Source: Lobosporangium transversale (taxonomy: Eukaryota). Taken from it: a stretch of 64,000 nucleotides of DNA. Position 1 is the stretch's first letter; each line of letters opens with the position of its first letter. This document shows positions 37,794 to 50,691 of this stretch, piece after piece. The notes beneath the pieces are model-generated. The model had not been told where the DNA came from and ran no database searches. It saw only the letters and a program-made list of their open reading frames with translations. The stretch is from NCBI RefSeq assembly GCF_002105155.1, contig NW_019029021.1, positions 1 through 64,000 on the forward strand, written 5' to 3'. Made by a program: the position numbers and the translations under genes.

Positions 37794-38591
37794 CAACTTA
37801 CACCCATATATTTCCCTGCATAGCAGTCTTTAAAGCCGCCTGAGCCCAATTTGCGACCAATCTGGAGCTGGTCAAAAGTAATTTCACCTTGAAAATTAGC
37901 GTCCATTAATAAGGAATTGAGATAGATTGTGTTGATTGGTAGCTTTTTCACAATTGCAGGGGGGTCAGGACAACAAAGCGTAGGAGTTGATGGTCCTGGA
38001 ACCGGTTTTGTATTTTGCTGGGCAAATTAATATAACAAAGAAAGAAATGGTGAGTAAACAATATAAAAATAGAAAATACAAACTTGAACCATGTCATGTC
38101 ATGGTATTGGTAAGACATAGTTACAATAACAGCAAACTTCTTTCTTACCCAGTTCAACAAACGCTTGATCAGGTCCTTCTTTTCTCCATCTGTGGGCAAA
38201 CCTACATAGAGAAAAACAGAGCAAACAAACAAATAAACAAACACAAAAAGAGTGGGAAAGAAAAAGAGAGTGCATGCATATGTTTGTGAACATGTGAGTA
38301 AAAGACACATGGTTAAATATTACAGTTTTAATTGCTCTGACGTTTCAAATAATTAAAAAATTAATTGCTTTTTTTTTTTTTTTTTTTTTATTTTTTTTTT
38401 TTACCTCGATCCTGGCACATTACTACAATGTCTGCCTTGATTCGTAGATTCAATGTTTCCTCAGTCTCGTTCTCAAGCCCCTCATCCAAATGCCGCTCAA
38501 TCGTCTGAAATCCCTTGGGCACACCCACGTGCGAGATATGCTTGGGTGTCATTGGCCTCCACTCAAAGTATCCATTCGCGTTCCTCAGCAT
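36277..38591 (-). CDS. SAP-domain TKL-like protein kinase with an atypical ATP-binding lysine; about 10 exons including 24-27 nt micro-exons
   Basis: Spliced: LNLRIKADIVVMCQDR|GLPTDGEKKDLIKRLL (SAP-like), LGSGGFKDCY, DVAIGEL, HEIDVLK|QLRHENVVRFVG, IIHR|DLKSMNIL, INDFGLARI, CGTPNWQAPE, KVDVYACGLIFWEI, RRPSM. Confidence 0.85.
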
Positions 38592-40540
38592 TGTATATAT
38601 ATATATATGTGTTTGTATCTCGTTATCGGATTTTGTACACGTGCGCCTAGGCAGATTTTCTCTTTCTCTTTTTTCTTTGTTGACAAATCATGTGGTGCGA
38701 TAACGAAAGTGATATCATCAGAGGGAGGAAGACGATATGAAGTTGAAGGAGAGCCGATGTAAAAAGAAAAAGAAAGAGAAGGAAAGTGTGAGATCAAGGA
38801 ATAACGCGTCTCATTTGTTTTTTTTTTTTTTTTTTTTTTTTTCTTTTCTCATTCCTTCAATATCTTTAACATTGATATTGAAAAGAATTAAAGGATGGAG
38901 TACAATACGTTCTTTGCCACACGTGAGTATAAATATATTTGAACTCAGTGTTACCTGAACAGGGAACACAAAAAGATAGTGGATGTAGATTTAAAGATGG
39001 GCTTTTTTTTTTTTTCTTTTGATGGGAAAGTAATAGAATGAAAGAGGAAACGAATGAAGTTAGGAGAGTGAGCTTGATTTGTGCTATACAGTTGATAGAA
39101 AAGTATATAGGAGAGGCATGCGAGTGGTAGAGATGGTGAAAGAAGAGTTCACGGATTTGGGAACCAGAGTCGCCTTTTTATATGGTTGCACGACAAATAT
39201 AAAAAGAATGACATGAGATAAAGTGAATGAGTGCATGAGATAAAGAGAAAGTTGATGCGTAGGAGAAGGAAATGACACGGTCCACAAGTAATCACAGTGG
39301 TGATTGTCGTAATCGTAATAGAACCTGGCAGTGGCTGCTCAACACAGTTGGCATGTGCACTTGGAGTTACCCTGACAAGTTGGGTAATTCGCTCTTTCTT
39401 GTTTAAACCTAACCTTTCATCAAGTTTAACATGCAAATGCATTGGCATAGCAAACAAACGGAGCGTGAGCAGCTCATGTGTCCTTTCTTTTTCTTTATTT
39501 TTTTATGCGTCTGTTACTCTGCTAGTGTCTATTCATTTAAAAAACACGCCTGTTCACAGATGATGAGTCAACGGTTGTCTAAATGGTCATGCATTTTTTT
39601 TTTCTTTCTTTTTCTTTTACAAGCCTCACTGACTCCTCCTGACCCTTGAAATATGATTTTAGCGCAATAACAAATCCTCAGGGCAAATTCATTATATGTA
39701 TACAACAAAGTCATGCGGATTTTTTTTTTTTTTTTTTTTTTTTAATTTTTAATTTTTATTTTGTAGATGCTAGCCGAGATTTCATATGCCTTTGATGAAG
39801 AGTTGTTATTAGGGAGGGAAATGAGTCAACATCAACATGAAATGAATGAATATGAAGCAAGAGAGGCTGAAATAAGGTATGAGCCTTTCTATATGATGTT
39901 GATCTGGGTCCTTCTTCATTTTTTCGCGTCACCCTTGGAATGTCAGATGTAAGGGCACTAAAATGCGCTCTTTTTTTTTTTTTTTTTTTTTTGAATCAGT
40001 CTTCTCCCACGTTTTCTGTCCTACAAGACTCAAATGATGTCACATTGCATGGTTGTCAATTGGAAAAGGGTGTGGGTGCCCTTGTAATTTTTTTAATTTC
40101 TTCTCTGACAACGAGTCATCTTGACGAACCAAAGCATTTTCATCCTTCTAGACCCACACAATACGTATGAAGCCATAGTATTCTATATTAGATAGTAAGA
40201 CGACGCGTTTGGCTTGAACATGACTCAGGATTGTTTTGGAAGCAACAGATAATTTATGCATCCGAAGGCCGAAGGAAAAAAAATAAATTTCAACATTTAA
40301 GTCCCAAATGAAATATATCACGTGGGGTACATCAAGAAAATGTAGCGCTCAAGATACTTTGATGAAATACAAATATCGAGTCTATAGGACGTTTTGATGA
40401 TTTTATTGTAAATTAGCGAAAAGAAAAAGAAAAAAGCAAAGTGATAGATGATGTGGGCGAAGTGAAGAAGAGAGATAAAATGGAAGGAGGAAAAAAAAAA
40501 AGCCTGTATTTTAAGAGCTTGCTTGTCGCGAAATCTCGAG

Positions 40541-40566
<26 letters not shown>

Positions 40567-40573
<7 letters not shown>

Positions 40574-41653
40574 TGATGGGGAGTAGTGTGGAAAGGTGAC
40601 CAGATACCACGGACAGACTCTGTAGTAGAAATAACAGGCTTCTTGAAAACCTTCATCCTGTTACCAGCAGACTCCTTCAACAATTGAACTTTGCCTGCAA
40701 TATCCTTAGGCTCCATATTGCGTACGCACACGACCTTGTCCTTTCCATTGACTAGTAAAAAAAAAGTTGAAATGAAACATAAAAGAGAAAGTCAAGATAG
40801 AGTTAATTGAATAAAAATATTAGAGATGTTAAGAATAAAATAATAAAATATACTCATATCTGTGAACACACGCAAAAAAAAAACTTACGGTATAAGCCGC
40901 GGATGACGGGGTGTTTAGAGGGTCTAGGTGTAACAATGACTTCAACGTGTGGGTGCTCTTTTGCAAATTCAATCAGGTCTTTCTTGACATATTCACTGTA
41001 TATATTTTGAAAGCGATAGACAACCAATAGCATAATAAAAAGATAGCGAGAAAGTTGGAAGGTGGATCAGCAAATGGTAATCATGTACATCAGAGTCGAC
41101 ACAGCTCTCATTTCCTGCTTTAATTTTGGCGTTGATCCTGATGTCTTTGATCGAATTCATCGTTTCTCTCCTGTCCATTGAACTATATCCGAAATATGCA
41201 AATATCGAAAGACTTTTTTTTCCTTGTCATGTAGCAGCTTAGGAAAAAAAAAAGGCATCGCCCTTTGTCTTCATTGTTCCATACTTCTAATGAGACAAAT
41301 GAAGGTTTCCATAACTGTCCCGAATATTCATGTTATCTTGGAATGATTTTGAAGACAAAAAGAGACTAATTATATCCCTTTAATGTCACATACATATATA
41401 TAAATATATATTTGTCCATGGCATTGCCGCTTCTGAATCCTGACCATAAATCCTTTATCCTTTCCTCCGAATAGAAGAATAGAAAAAACGACTTATATCC
41501 ATTTTTTTTTTTCTTTTTCGTTTAATTGTTTCATTACATCATGCCACGAGAGCTCCCGCTTCGTTCGCAGTAGTGAAAGACAAGGCGACGGCATTGAGGG
41601 ATAAATGTTCCAACGCCATTCTTGAGGACAGGATGGGCCATAGGTGCCGGCAT
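40567..41653 (-). CDS. MRPL51: Mitochondrial ribosomal protein mL43 (yeast Mrpl51); 3 exons
   Basis: KNGVGTFIPQCRRLVFHYCERSGSSRGM, FAKEHPHVEV, HPVIRGLY, NGKDKVVCVRN, SVRGIWSPFH. Confidence 0.92.
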
Positions 41654-41939
41654 GTTGATTTTATAATGAATATAATAAGGAAAAGATTTAAAAAAAAAAC
41701 GATACACTTTGTTGCATTCAGGTTCCTTGATCAAAGATCTGTTTGAGGCGAATTGTGACTGTCTTCATCACGTTCCTCCGAAGTGGGCAAACAAAAATTT
41801 GAGCTGAGCTTGTCACCGCCACGCGAGCTTTTTTTTTTTTGAGCTGTGCGGCTGAATAGCATAATCGAGCTGATGCCTATATGCTTTTATTGGTATTTTA
41901 CCCAAAATTAAAGTACAATTACAAACCCTTTCCCCCTTT

Positions 41940-44900
41940 TTATGTTTCCACATGTTCAACCAATCCTCGGTATCCGGACCACATCTGCAAGCGAACACTC
42001 ACACCATGCACATGCATCACATCCAACTGCCCACAAGTACCACAGTAAGTTGCCCCCTCGCTTGGAAGTCCTATTCGATCTCTCCATCGAAGCTGCCGTT
42101 CCTTGTATTTCAATTTCTTTTCTTCCTCCAACTCCACTGTTCTTCCCATTCTCTTTGAAAATGACCACAGACATGGATAGCCCGAATACCCAGCTTCTGC
42201 GTCATCTCTTTGGATCTCTTTCCAAATCCTCTTAATCCATTCTTGTTCTACAACTGTGGTGATGCCCTCGAGGCCATCCCAGCCTAATGCGAAAAGTCCT
42301 CGGATTCGTGTCTCAATCACTTCAAAGAACTCGGCTGTTGAAGCTAGATTATCATTCGAGTTGAATTGGGGCTGAGGCGACGTCCAGTATTGAAGGATCT
42401 GACGCGCTGGTCCAAGCTTGAAATGACCATCAGAAACACGGATATCTAATCTATGCCAACGACCCTTATCTTTGGATGACCTCGATACTGAGTGAGCTGT
42501 AGCTGAATTTGAACTCGAGCATACGTATCTTGACTGTTGACGGCGGCAAAGGTCTTCTTGCAGCTCTTTAATATGATTGAGTGACTCGAAATGGTCTTCA
42601 TTAACCGTCGAATCAAGTGCGAAATGGAACCGAGGCAAAAACACGTCTGTAGAGGGTGATGTTGTCGCTTTATGAGTTCGGTTATCGCCTGAACCACCTG
42701 TGCTTGCAATCTCTTGCTCATGGCTAGGTTCTTGCAGCTGTCCATAGTTCCAAGACTGTTCGCAGTTACTTTGACCATCGCCCCTTCGTTTCGGCCGACG
42801 ATCACATGAAAGAGTCAAGAGCATCAAGAAGTGGTTTTCCCAACTTTGGACATCCTTAGTTTTTTGCTTCCGGGCCTTCATACTACAGTGGACGCCTTTA
42901 TCCGATATAGGGATACCGGGTTCAAAGCGGTACAGAAGCGGCTCGCCCCAAATAGCTAGAGGATATGCACGCAAAAAGCTCTCGCCCACACGGAGGCCAC
43001 CATAATACTCAATACGACTACGCTCAATTTGAAGTGAGAGTGGAAGCAGGTCTTGCCATGTCGTTAGCGTCGCCAAGGGCTTGGGCTTCTCGTTGTTGTT
43101 GCTTGTATTAGCTTCAATAACTTGAGCATCTTCCGCAGAGAAGCCTGAAAACTTGGGTTCCACAGAAACGGCAACCATCCGTTTTGGAGCTGTACGCTTG
43201 GTCCAAACGTTCGTCGTCGGCAGGCAGCACCACCATATAAAGCCTTCATGACAACCTACAGATTCAAGCCCTGAACCCATTTCAGCCGCAATCTCTGTCA
43301 GAGCGACATTGGGGCTCCAAGAGGGGTTATTGACTTTTGAAATTGGAACCAACTGCTGCTCTAGAGTTTTGTTATTAGTGGTAGCGAGGATGCCACTATC
43401 GTGCCTAGCAATAGGGATAGGGGAGGCCATATTTGGTACTGCTGCTACTGCTGTTGTATGTGTGAATTCAGGCTCAATGAATCCGTTTTCGGGCTCGCAC
43501 CAGACACTAAAATCTTCGCCATTCCATCGATCCCCCCACTGGTTTGAATTATCTGCACAGTAGTTCCAGAGCGTGAAGCTAAGCATACTAGCATCCATGG
43601 CATCCAATAGCAACCGCATTGCGAAGCTCTGTTTAGGGTGACCATGTCTTGACTTGAAGCTAGTTTTGTTATGTAGGTCAATTGGCAACCCTGTTTCTCC
43701 CATGAGGATCCCATGCTGAGGACCCATTGCTAAGCGGATATCGGACTGAATCCCTTTCACCTGATCCTTCCATGCCTGGCCGACTCCTGACCACCCAAAC
43801 TTGAGTGCTCCCAAGACAGACGAGTAAATGCCCCGTTTGTAGCCCATGAAGTCAAGCGTGAACGGGACAAAGTCGCGGGTGATGTTCGTATAGCCGTCAT
43901 AGAAGTGTGGTGCGACTATGATATTTTCACTCACATCACCCATTGGGTCCAGACGAGGTTGTTGACACGCACTCTCATACAAGTCATCGGTTGTTCCAAA
44001 AGAGCCTTTTCCTTTGTAGTCATTCTGCCTATTTTTATTATTGTTATCGTCAGAGTTGCCACGACCATCGGCTGACTGAGTAGCTCTTGTTGACGCTGAC
44101 TGCCTAAGGATCGCAGTTGTATGTTGGTTGGGGAATGTTTTTCGTGATTTCCAGCTTATTACGGACCTTAACATATTCTTCAGTCCGTCCTCCGCACCTT
44201 CGACAAGGACCTTCTTTAGCCGGAACATAGGAGGCGCCTCATTAATAGGTGGCTCCACAAAGATAATAAGCCGACTATCCTGTTGCCGAAGTCGCAAAGA
44301 AAATGTGTTGACAAATGGTAACCAGAAATCATGTTTCCACTCTACTTCCTTCCCTGGCTGGAATGGTGATGGTATATAACCTTGGGTTGGTATCCGCTGG
44401 AAGTAGTTGGGCTTGAGTAATTTCCCCGTTCGAGGGTCCCAAACCTTATGTTCTGCCCAAAGGCAATAGTCACTATACCCCGCGGGCTCTGGCCATAACG
44501 TTTTGGAGATATGGGACTCTGCCAACTTGGAAGGAGGAGTAGCCAGTGCGTCCTTGGTGCTATAGTTGGCTGGGGAGGCTGTCAGAGTCATTGGTGAAGC
44601 CAAGGGCATCCTCTTGATTCTGCTATTGTTGTCATCATCAGCCTGAGGTTCAGTGATTCCAAGCTGTGAGACATCATCAAAGGTCGAGGTTTCGGAGTAA
44701 TATGCAGGCAATGGTCTTGCTGGCGGGATTATGGGTTCTCCATCAATAATAGTGTTACTGCCCTGCTGTTGATTATTCGTTTGTTGTCGCGACCTCCAGT
44801 ACGGTCGCTTCCAAAGATTAACTTTTTCCTGATTGACTTTGATTGTCCGCTTTTTCCTAGGACCCAATGCACCAGTCTCCCAGACCTCACATTTGACGGT

Positions 44901-46696
44901 CCTACCCTGAGCCAGCTCCATCCCTTGAAATGGTGTAGGACACGTTCCAACTTGTAGATCGGCCAGCTCTAGCAATTTAGTCAAATCCGGATGGTTCAGG
45001 TATCCAGGGGCAGGCTCATTCATGGTATCGTATCCCATGACGGTGCCTGCTTCAATTAGCCCGGGTCCACTCCTCGCACGAATTGTTTTAGAATCGTCTT
45101 CACGGATCCGCTGTGTAAGATGCGCAAATGCTTCTATGAAATGGGCCTGCAAGTAATGTTGAATGTTGACTTGTCCGCGCTCCACAAAATCCTGGTCGAC
45201 CTTGGGGATAGGAGTTAAGTTTTGGACAGGAGAGGGGGCCCTGGCGCCATTGGGGAGGCCACGACGGTAGGCTTCATCTGCCACAACGCTTGAGTGGACA
45301 GTGCGAAGATGAGACAAGACAGTGGTCGAAAGTGGAACCATGGTTTTAGGTGCAAAGATTTGGCCTGCAAAGAAGAGTGTATACATGGTAGCTGCTGCCA
45401 ATTTGATACCGTTGGTAGCCCAAATCATCTTTGGATAGTTTTCTTTGTCATGATGCGTCTATGAAATAAGTAAGGCCATCTAATATTTTAGTATCGATCA
45501 ACTTTGATTCTGGGACAATAATGTTCCCTTGCGTCGAAAAAAAAACAAAACAAAATAAAATAATAATGCTCACGTTCTGCTTAATGGCAGCCCCTGTCGC
45601 ATCAAACTTTGTGATGTCAAGTCCTGCCAATTCAAGTGTCCACCCTGGCCTGAGAATTTGCAAGTTAAAAAAAAAAAAAAAAATAGGGGTCAGAATTGAG
45701 TGGCACAAAGGGTCATTCGGATAAAAATGTCTGTGCGTTAATTGGCATGATTGGCACGATTGACAAGCGTGACATTAACAAATATGACAAATAAAGCATG
45801 TTTTTTTGCACTTACATTCCTGAACCCCCAGTGAATCGACTCCAACAATCAACGTGTGGATCCAGAAAGCATTTCAGTCCGTATTTCGAAGCGACTTTCA
45901 ATAGCTTGATTACATATATGATATAATCTTCATCATAGATACCACTGTTTACATGTAAAATAGGGGGAACCAGATCACATCACGTTCAGGCCCATGCACA
46001 AGGATGAAAAAAAGGGTTAAAAGTTATTACAGCATCCGGAGGACATATGAACTGAATTTTACAAACGAAGAGCAGAGAGAGAGAGAAGTGTAGAAGCACT
46101 TACGGCCCAGCATGCTCCAATGCCTCCCAGGGTATTAGTAAACGAAGACATTGACACCCCCATCGAGCCAATCGTTCAAAATGTAATTCTGCATCCTGTA
46201 GTGTAAATGGTCGGTTCACAAACGAGACCTCACGGTGATTATAAAAGTGGTCGTCTATATGAGAATATACTACACCAGGGATTGCGCCTTTATCCTTAGT
46301 CCCGTTCGTCTCTGCTTCACTTGCTGCCTTGGCTACAGCTGCTTTTGCTTCTTTTACTGATATTGGTTTCTTTGTAGAGGGTGGCGATGACGATGATGAC
46401 GAAGATGATGTGGTAGAAAAAGGTGGCCTAGGCTCAGCTCCAAAGAATTCAGGTTCTGGTAACGATGATGCAAAATATCCAACATATTGAGAAGGTGCAT
46501 GGACCGCGGCGGAGGCTGTGTAGAATGGCATTTTGGTCCCTCCAGAGACATTGATGCCATGTAAGATCACAACTCTGTTCTGTGCATCCAGGATCCACCC
46601 TTCCTTCGAGACCAGTCTTTCGGATCCCCATGCATTGCCAAATTGCGATTTTGAAGTCAAGTCGGGTATCTGTGACGATGATGATGAGGATAACAT
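41940..46696 (-). CDS. Glycoside hydrolase family 5, endoglycoceramidase-related (EGCrP/Egh1-like glucosylceramidase or steryl-beta-glucosidase); about 4 exons
   Basis: ILHGINVSG, SFVNRPF, IPWEALEHAGP|GIYDEDY, DPHVDCWSRFTGGSG, acid/base YDTMNEP, APHFYDG, nucleophile MGETG, TLWNYCADNSNQWGDRWNGEDFS. Confidence 0.9.
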
Positions 46697-48000
46697 GATA
46701 GATCTTTACTTTATACTAAATAGGAGGCGGAAACGGAGAGGCGTTGAGAAATAAGAATGAACAGGAGGGAGAGAAGAATGAAATATTATACAATGCAAGA
46801 AGAAAATGTAGGAATATAAAGGAAGAGACGCAAGTGTTGAAACCAAGGAAAAAAAAAAAAGGGGGGGGGGGGGTTTGATATATTCCCACATGGAGCCAAC
46901 AGGCGACAGAAAACATTAAATGGGAGTGATTGTGATGTGACCTCTTCCTCGTGTAAAAAAGGAGAGCACAACTGTTGGTAAACTTCCAGGCGTAGGATAC
47001 AGAGTTAGAAAGAAACAAGACACTAACTTACATATTAAGCATACTCACGGCGCATTCGAGACAATCAAATTATATATCAAGATGTTTAAGGTCACCAGTG
47101 TGCTAGGTCCAAGATCATTAGGATCACCAAAATTACCAAGATTACCAAAACCACTAAGATCATCAAGGTAAACAAGCTACGAGGCACAGATGACCTAGGC
47201 ATTTAAGCCAAGCAGGGCATTTGTTTTAGTCAGGCGAGGTCTTTAAGTCAAGGAAGGAACAAGGTCTACACCTCCTGCAATTTGGACCAGTGATCATTTT
47301 TTAAGTAGCATTTGCCTTAGCAGGATGCCACGTAGTAAGTCAAGCCGCATACAGGGGAGCACGGTAGCATGGTAAATTGCCAAGTCCCGCTTCTTTTAAT
47401 GGCCTTAAGCCCCCGTTGTAACGCCTGACACCTGTTGTAGGGCCACTTCGCATGTGGGCCCCTGTTGACTATAGGGGGCACCGTCATGTTCCTGAAATGA
47501 AACGTCAAGCGGGAGCCTTATCGGAACCAACAGAGAGTCGATCCTCAGTCTTTCTTTCGATAAAAATGTGATAAACAAAAAAAATCTAGGAAGAGGGACC
47601 AAGCAAAAAAAAATGTGGGTCTACATATCGCACGCAAGAGCTGCGTGTCTGGCTATGGGGCAACATGTTCAGGACGAATATATGTACAGTAGGTGCACGT
47701 ATGTGATTTTGTTCAATGGCCAAATAGCGCGCTTGCGTTAGACAGAGCACATACCATAGTGTCTTTCACTAATCGACAGCAACTTCATCAAACGTGAAGT
47801 AAATGGTACGATCCATGACCTCGACCGTATGATTTTTGACAACATTCCAGCGTAGGCAATCATTAGAAATAAATAAACAGCGTTCAAAACAGATTTATTG
47901 TTGTAAGTTGGACCCTTTTTTTTTAAGTTTACACACCGCTGTGCTTCATGTTGACCCAAAACAAATAAGCTCATTTGACGTACCGCTAATAATACTTTTA

Positions 48001-48010
48001 CTGTTGCTGT

Positions 48011-48071
<61 letters not shown>

Positions 48072-48074
48072 GCT
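48001..48074. repeat. (CTG/TTG)n microsatellite (CAG/CAA on the minus strand)
   Basis: Directly visible imperfect trinucleotide repeat in an intergenic region. Confidence 0.9.
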
Positions 48075-49394
48075 GGCTGTGTAGCAAAAAAAAAAAAAAA
48101 AAAAAAAAAAAACGATTTAGAGCGTCAAGACAGCATTTACCATGCGAATTTGTTTGATGAATATTTCCCATCAGCAGCAACAGTAAGGCAAAGTTGCGCA
48201 GCAATTAACAATAATAATAAATGACCACATTATCCGAATATGGATGCATTTCAGTTCTTGTTCCCACACATCAAAAGTTCACAAAGTGGACATGAAAACA
48301 AGTCACCATGTCCCGAGCACGTATAAAAGGATATCTTTTCCCTCTTCCTTGAGTCCTAGCCGCTAACCGCGCTTTCTCAGGTTTGGAGGATCAAGTGTAT
48401 TAGTACTGGTAAACTGGCTACGGTCGGTGAACTGGGAACTCGCGAAGTGACCCCCGAGCACGGTGAATATGTGTACTGGGAATGGTGTTGTGGCTAGAAA
48501 GAAACGACGCTTGGGCTGTCTGCTTAGTTGCAAACAGGCGAAGAGTCTGATCTTTCTTACATATTTTTATTTTATTCTATACCAGTTAAATTGAGTGTTG
48601 GGTCCATTCTTTTATTCCTGGTGAGCTTCGCTAGTGTAAACATTCTTCTTGCTGCAGTAAAGCTCCTGCAGCAACTATTTTCCGAATGATGAAGTGGATA
48701 ATGAGGTACACAGGGGAGTATGAGGGAAATGGTTGGCAATGATGAGTTAATTAGCTTACGTGAGCAGGATTCAACAGGCGCTCTAACAGATGATTGAGTT
48801 GAATTGTTGGAATCACTTTTCCAAATGTATCGGCATGGATATGACTAAGATAAAGGTATGAATAAGGCAACGTCACTTACTTCAAGGGACAAAAATATGT
48901 TTTCTGAATAACTGAAAGATAAATGTATTATAATATGTTCAATGCCTGTTCTCTGTATCGCTTTGTAGCCCAAGGCGGAGGCCCTGCGCACACCTGCAAA
49001 CAAAATGACTCTGTGATCCCTGCGTTCTTATCTCTGTGCTTGTTATTCTTTTTCTTTCTTTTTCTTTTAGAGTCAGGGCAAAAGAAATTAGACCATAGCC
49101 TCTCTTTATATAAGGGATAAAGTGGTTTTCATAGTTTCCTCATGTTGTGAAAGAAAGAGCTGTACTATTCTCTATCAGTTGGTTGCAATAATTGGACATT
49201 CTTTGTTTTTTTTTTTTTTTTTTTTTTTTTTATTGAAGCTATGGGGAAAAAAGATACTGAGGTACATAGTATTGCTTTACTGTTTGACATCCGAGATTTC
49301 GAATCAGGTGAATATACATCTATACACCCATATTTTTAAGTGATGAATAGAAGTTGTTGGTATGGTGGCTATTTTACATTTTTTTTTTTTTTTT

Positions 49395-50691
49395 TTACTT
49401 CAAGTTGTTGGCGGTGTAGAAGGCCTGAATATCGGTGACGATTCTACGAAGACCTCCCAGATAAGTGGTAAGATCCTGCTTAACTGCTGCTTGGTCAGAG
49501 CCCAATTTGTCGTAGAAGTCTGCGCGATATGGACAAGCCTTCATGGCCATCTATTTTTTTTTTTTTTTTTTTTTTTTTTTGAATGTGATAAGCGAGAGCA
49601 ACGAGTTAGACGGAATGAATGAAAACTCATTAGCTTGTTAAAAAGGGAGAGAGAAAGAAAAAACATACAGTGAACACGGGACGAACGAGCATTCCATGAT
49701 ACTGGCGGAGAGTAGCCTCATAACCCTTAGTGAAGGAAACAGAGAGTTCCTCACCAGGGTTAGCCTCGCTACGCTCCAAGGACTGGAGAGTGAAATCAAG
49801 ACCACTAATTTTTATTATATTTTTCAATGCATGGAAAAAAAGTGAGAGCATAGGAGAGAGCCATCAATTAGAAATCTTCGGAAAAGATTTTAGTTTATCT
49901 GATATTCACCCAGATAAATACTGAAGTTCGATGTTTGATAATTGTTAACATACCGAGTGAGCCACAAGAGACCCTCAGTGGCGGTCTTCTTCTTCTCAGC
50001 GATCTCACCTTTAACCAGATTCTGAAGAGTGGAGTTGACAACTGGGTTCTGGAGGTAACGGTCACGGATTTTCTATTAATAACATTAATGAAAACAATAG
50101 GTTATTCACAATGGCATGATAAACAAGAAACTATGCTTTAAAATATTCCCAACCAAACAATCCCTTTCCAAGTTGGAATGCCATATAAAATAACTGGTAA
50201 TTGGCAACAAACAAGAGAAGAGGAAGAGAGAACATGGGCAATTAACGCGCGTATGGATTATCCGATAATTCTTCTGCCGATCTTTTTTTTTTTTGTGCCA
50301 ATCAGAAAACATTCATGCATTTCTTTCTACTCTTTGTTACCTTGATGTTGCCATTCATATCGCTCTGGACAACGCCAAAGACTGTGCCGAAGAGGTCTAT
50401 AAAGATACGATTTTGAAGTGTCAAAGATAACGAATGAATAAAGAAAATTATAGGCCGAGATAAGTCAAATAAACAGTAACAAGTTGAAATGTCTGCGCTT
50501 TTTTATCATTGAAATGAACCGAGACATAAAAAGGAGACGCGCACGTATGAGAAGGAGAGAAAGAATTGATTATTACCAAAGATCTTGACGAGACCTTCAG
50601 TAGCCTCAAGGAATTCCTGAGTGTTGATGCCCTCGTCAGTGATAGTGACATCAGTATAGTTGCGAGTGCCCTGGAAGTAAGTAGAAGCCAT
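49395..50691 (-). CDS. Glycolipid transfer protein (GLTP / HET-C2 family); 5 exons
   Basis: INTQEFLEATEGLVKIF|DLFGTVFGVVQSDMNGNIK|KIRDRY, ATEGLLWLTR|GLDFT, YEATLRQYHGMLVRPVF, AMKACPYRADFYDKLG. Confidence 0.93.

Noticed and set aside
47998..48204. PolyQ-ending ORF
   Set aside because: Produced by a microsatellite next to a poly(T) tract. No coding context.
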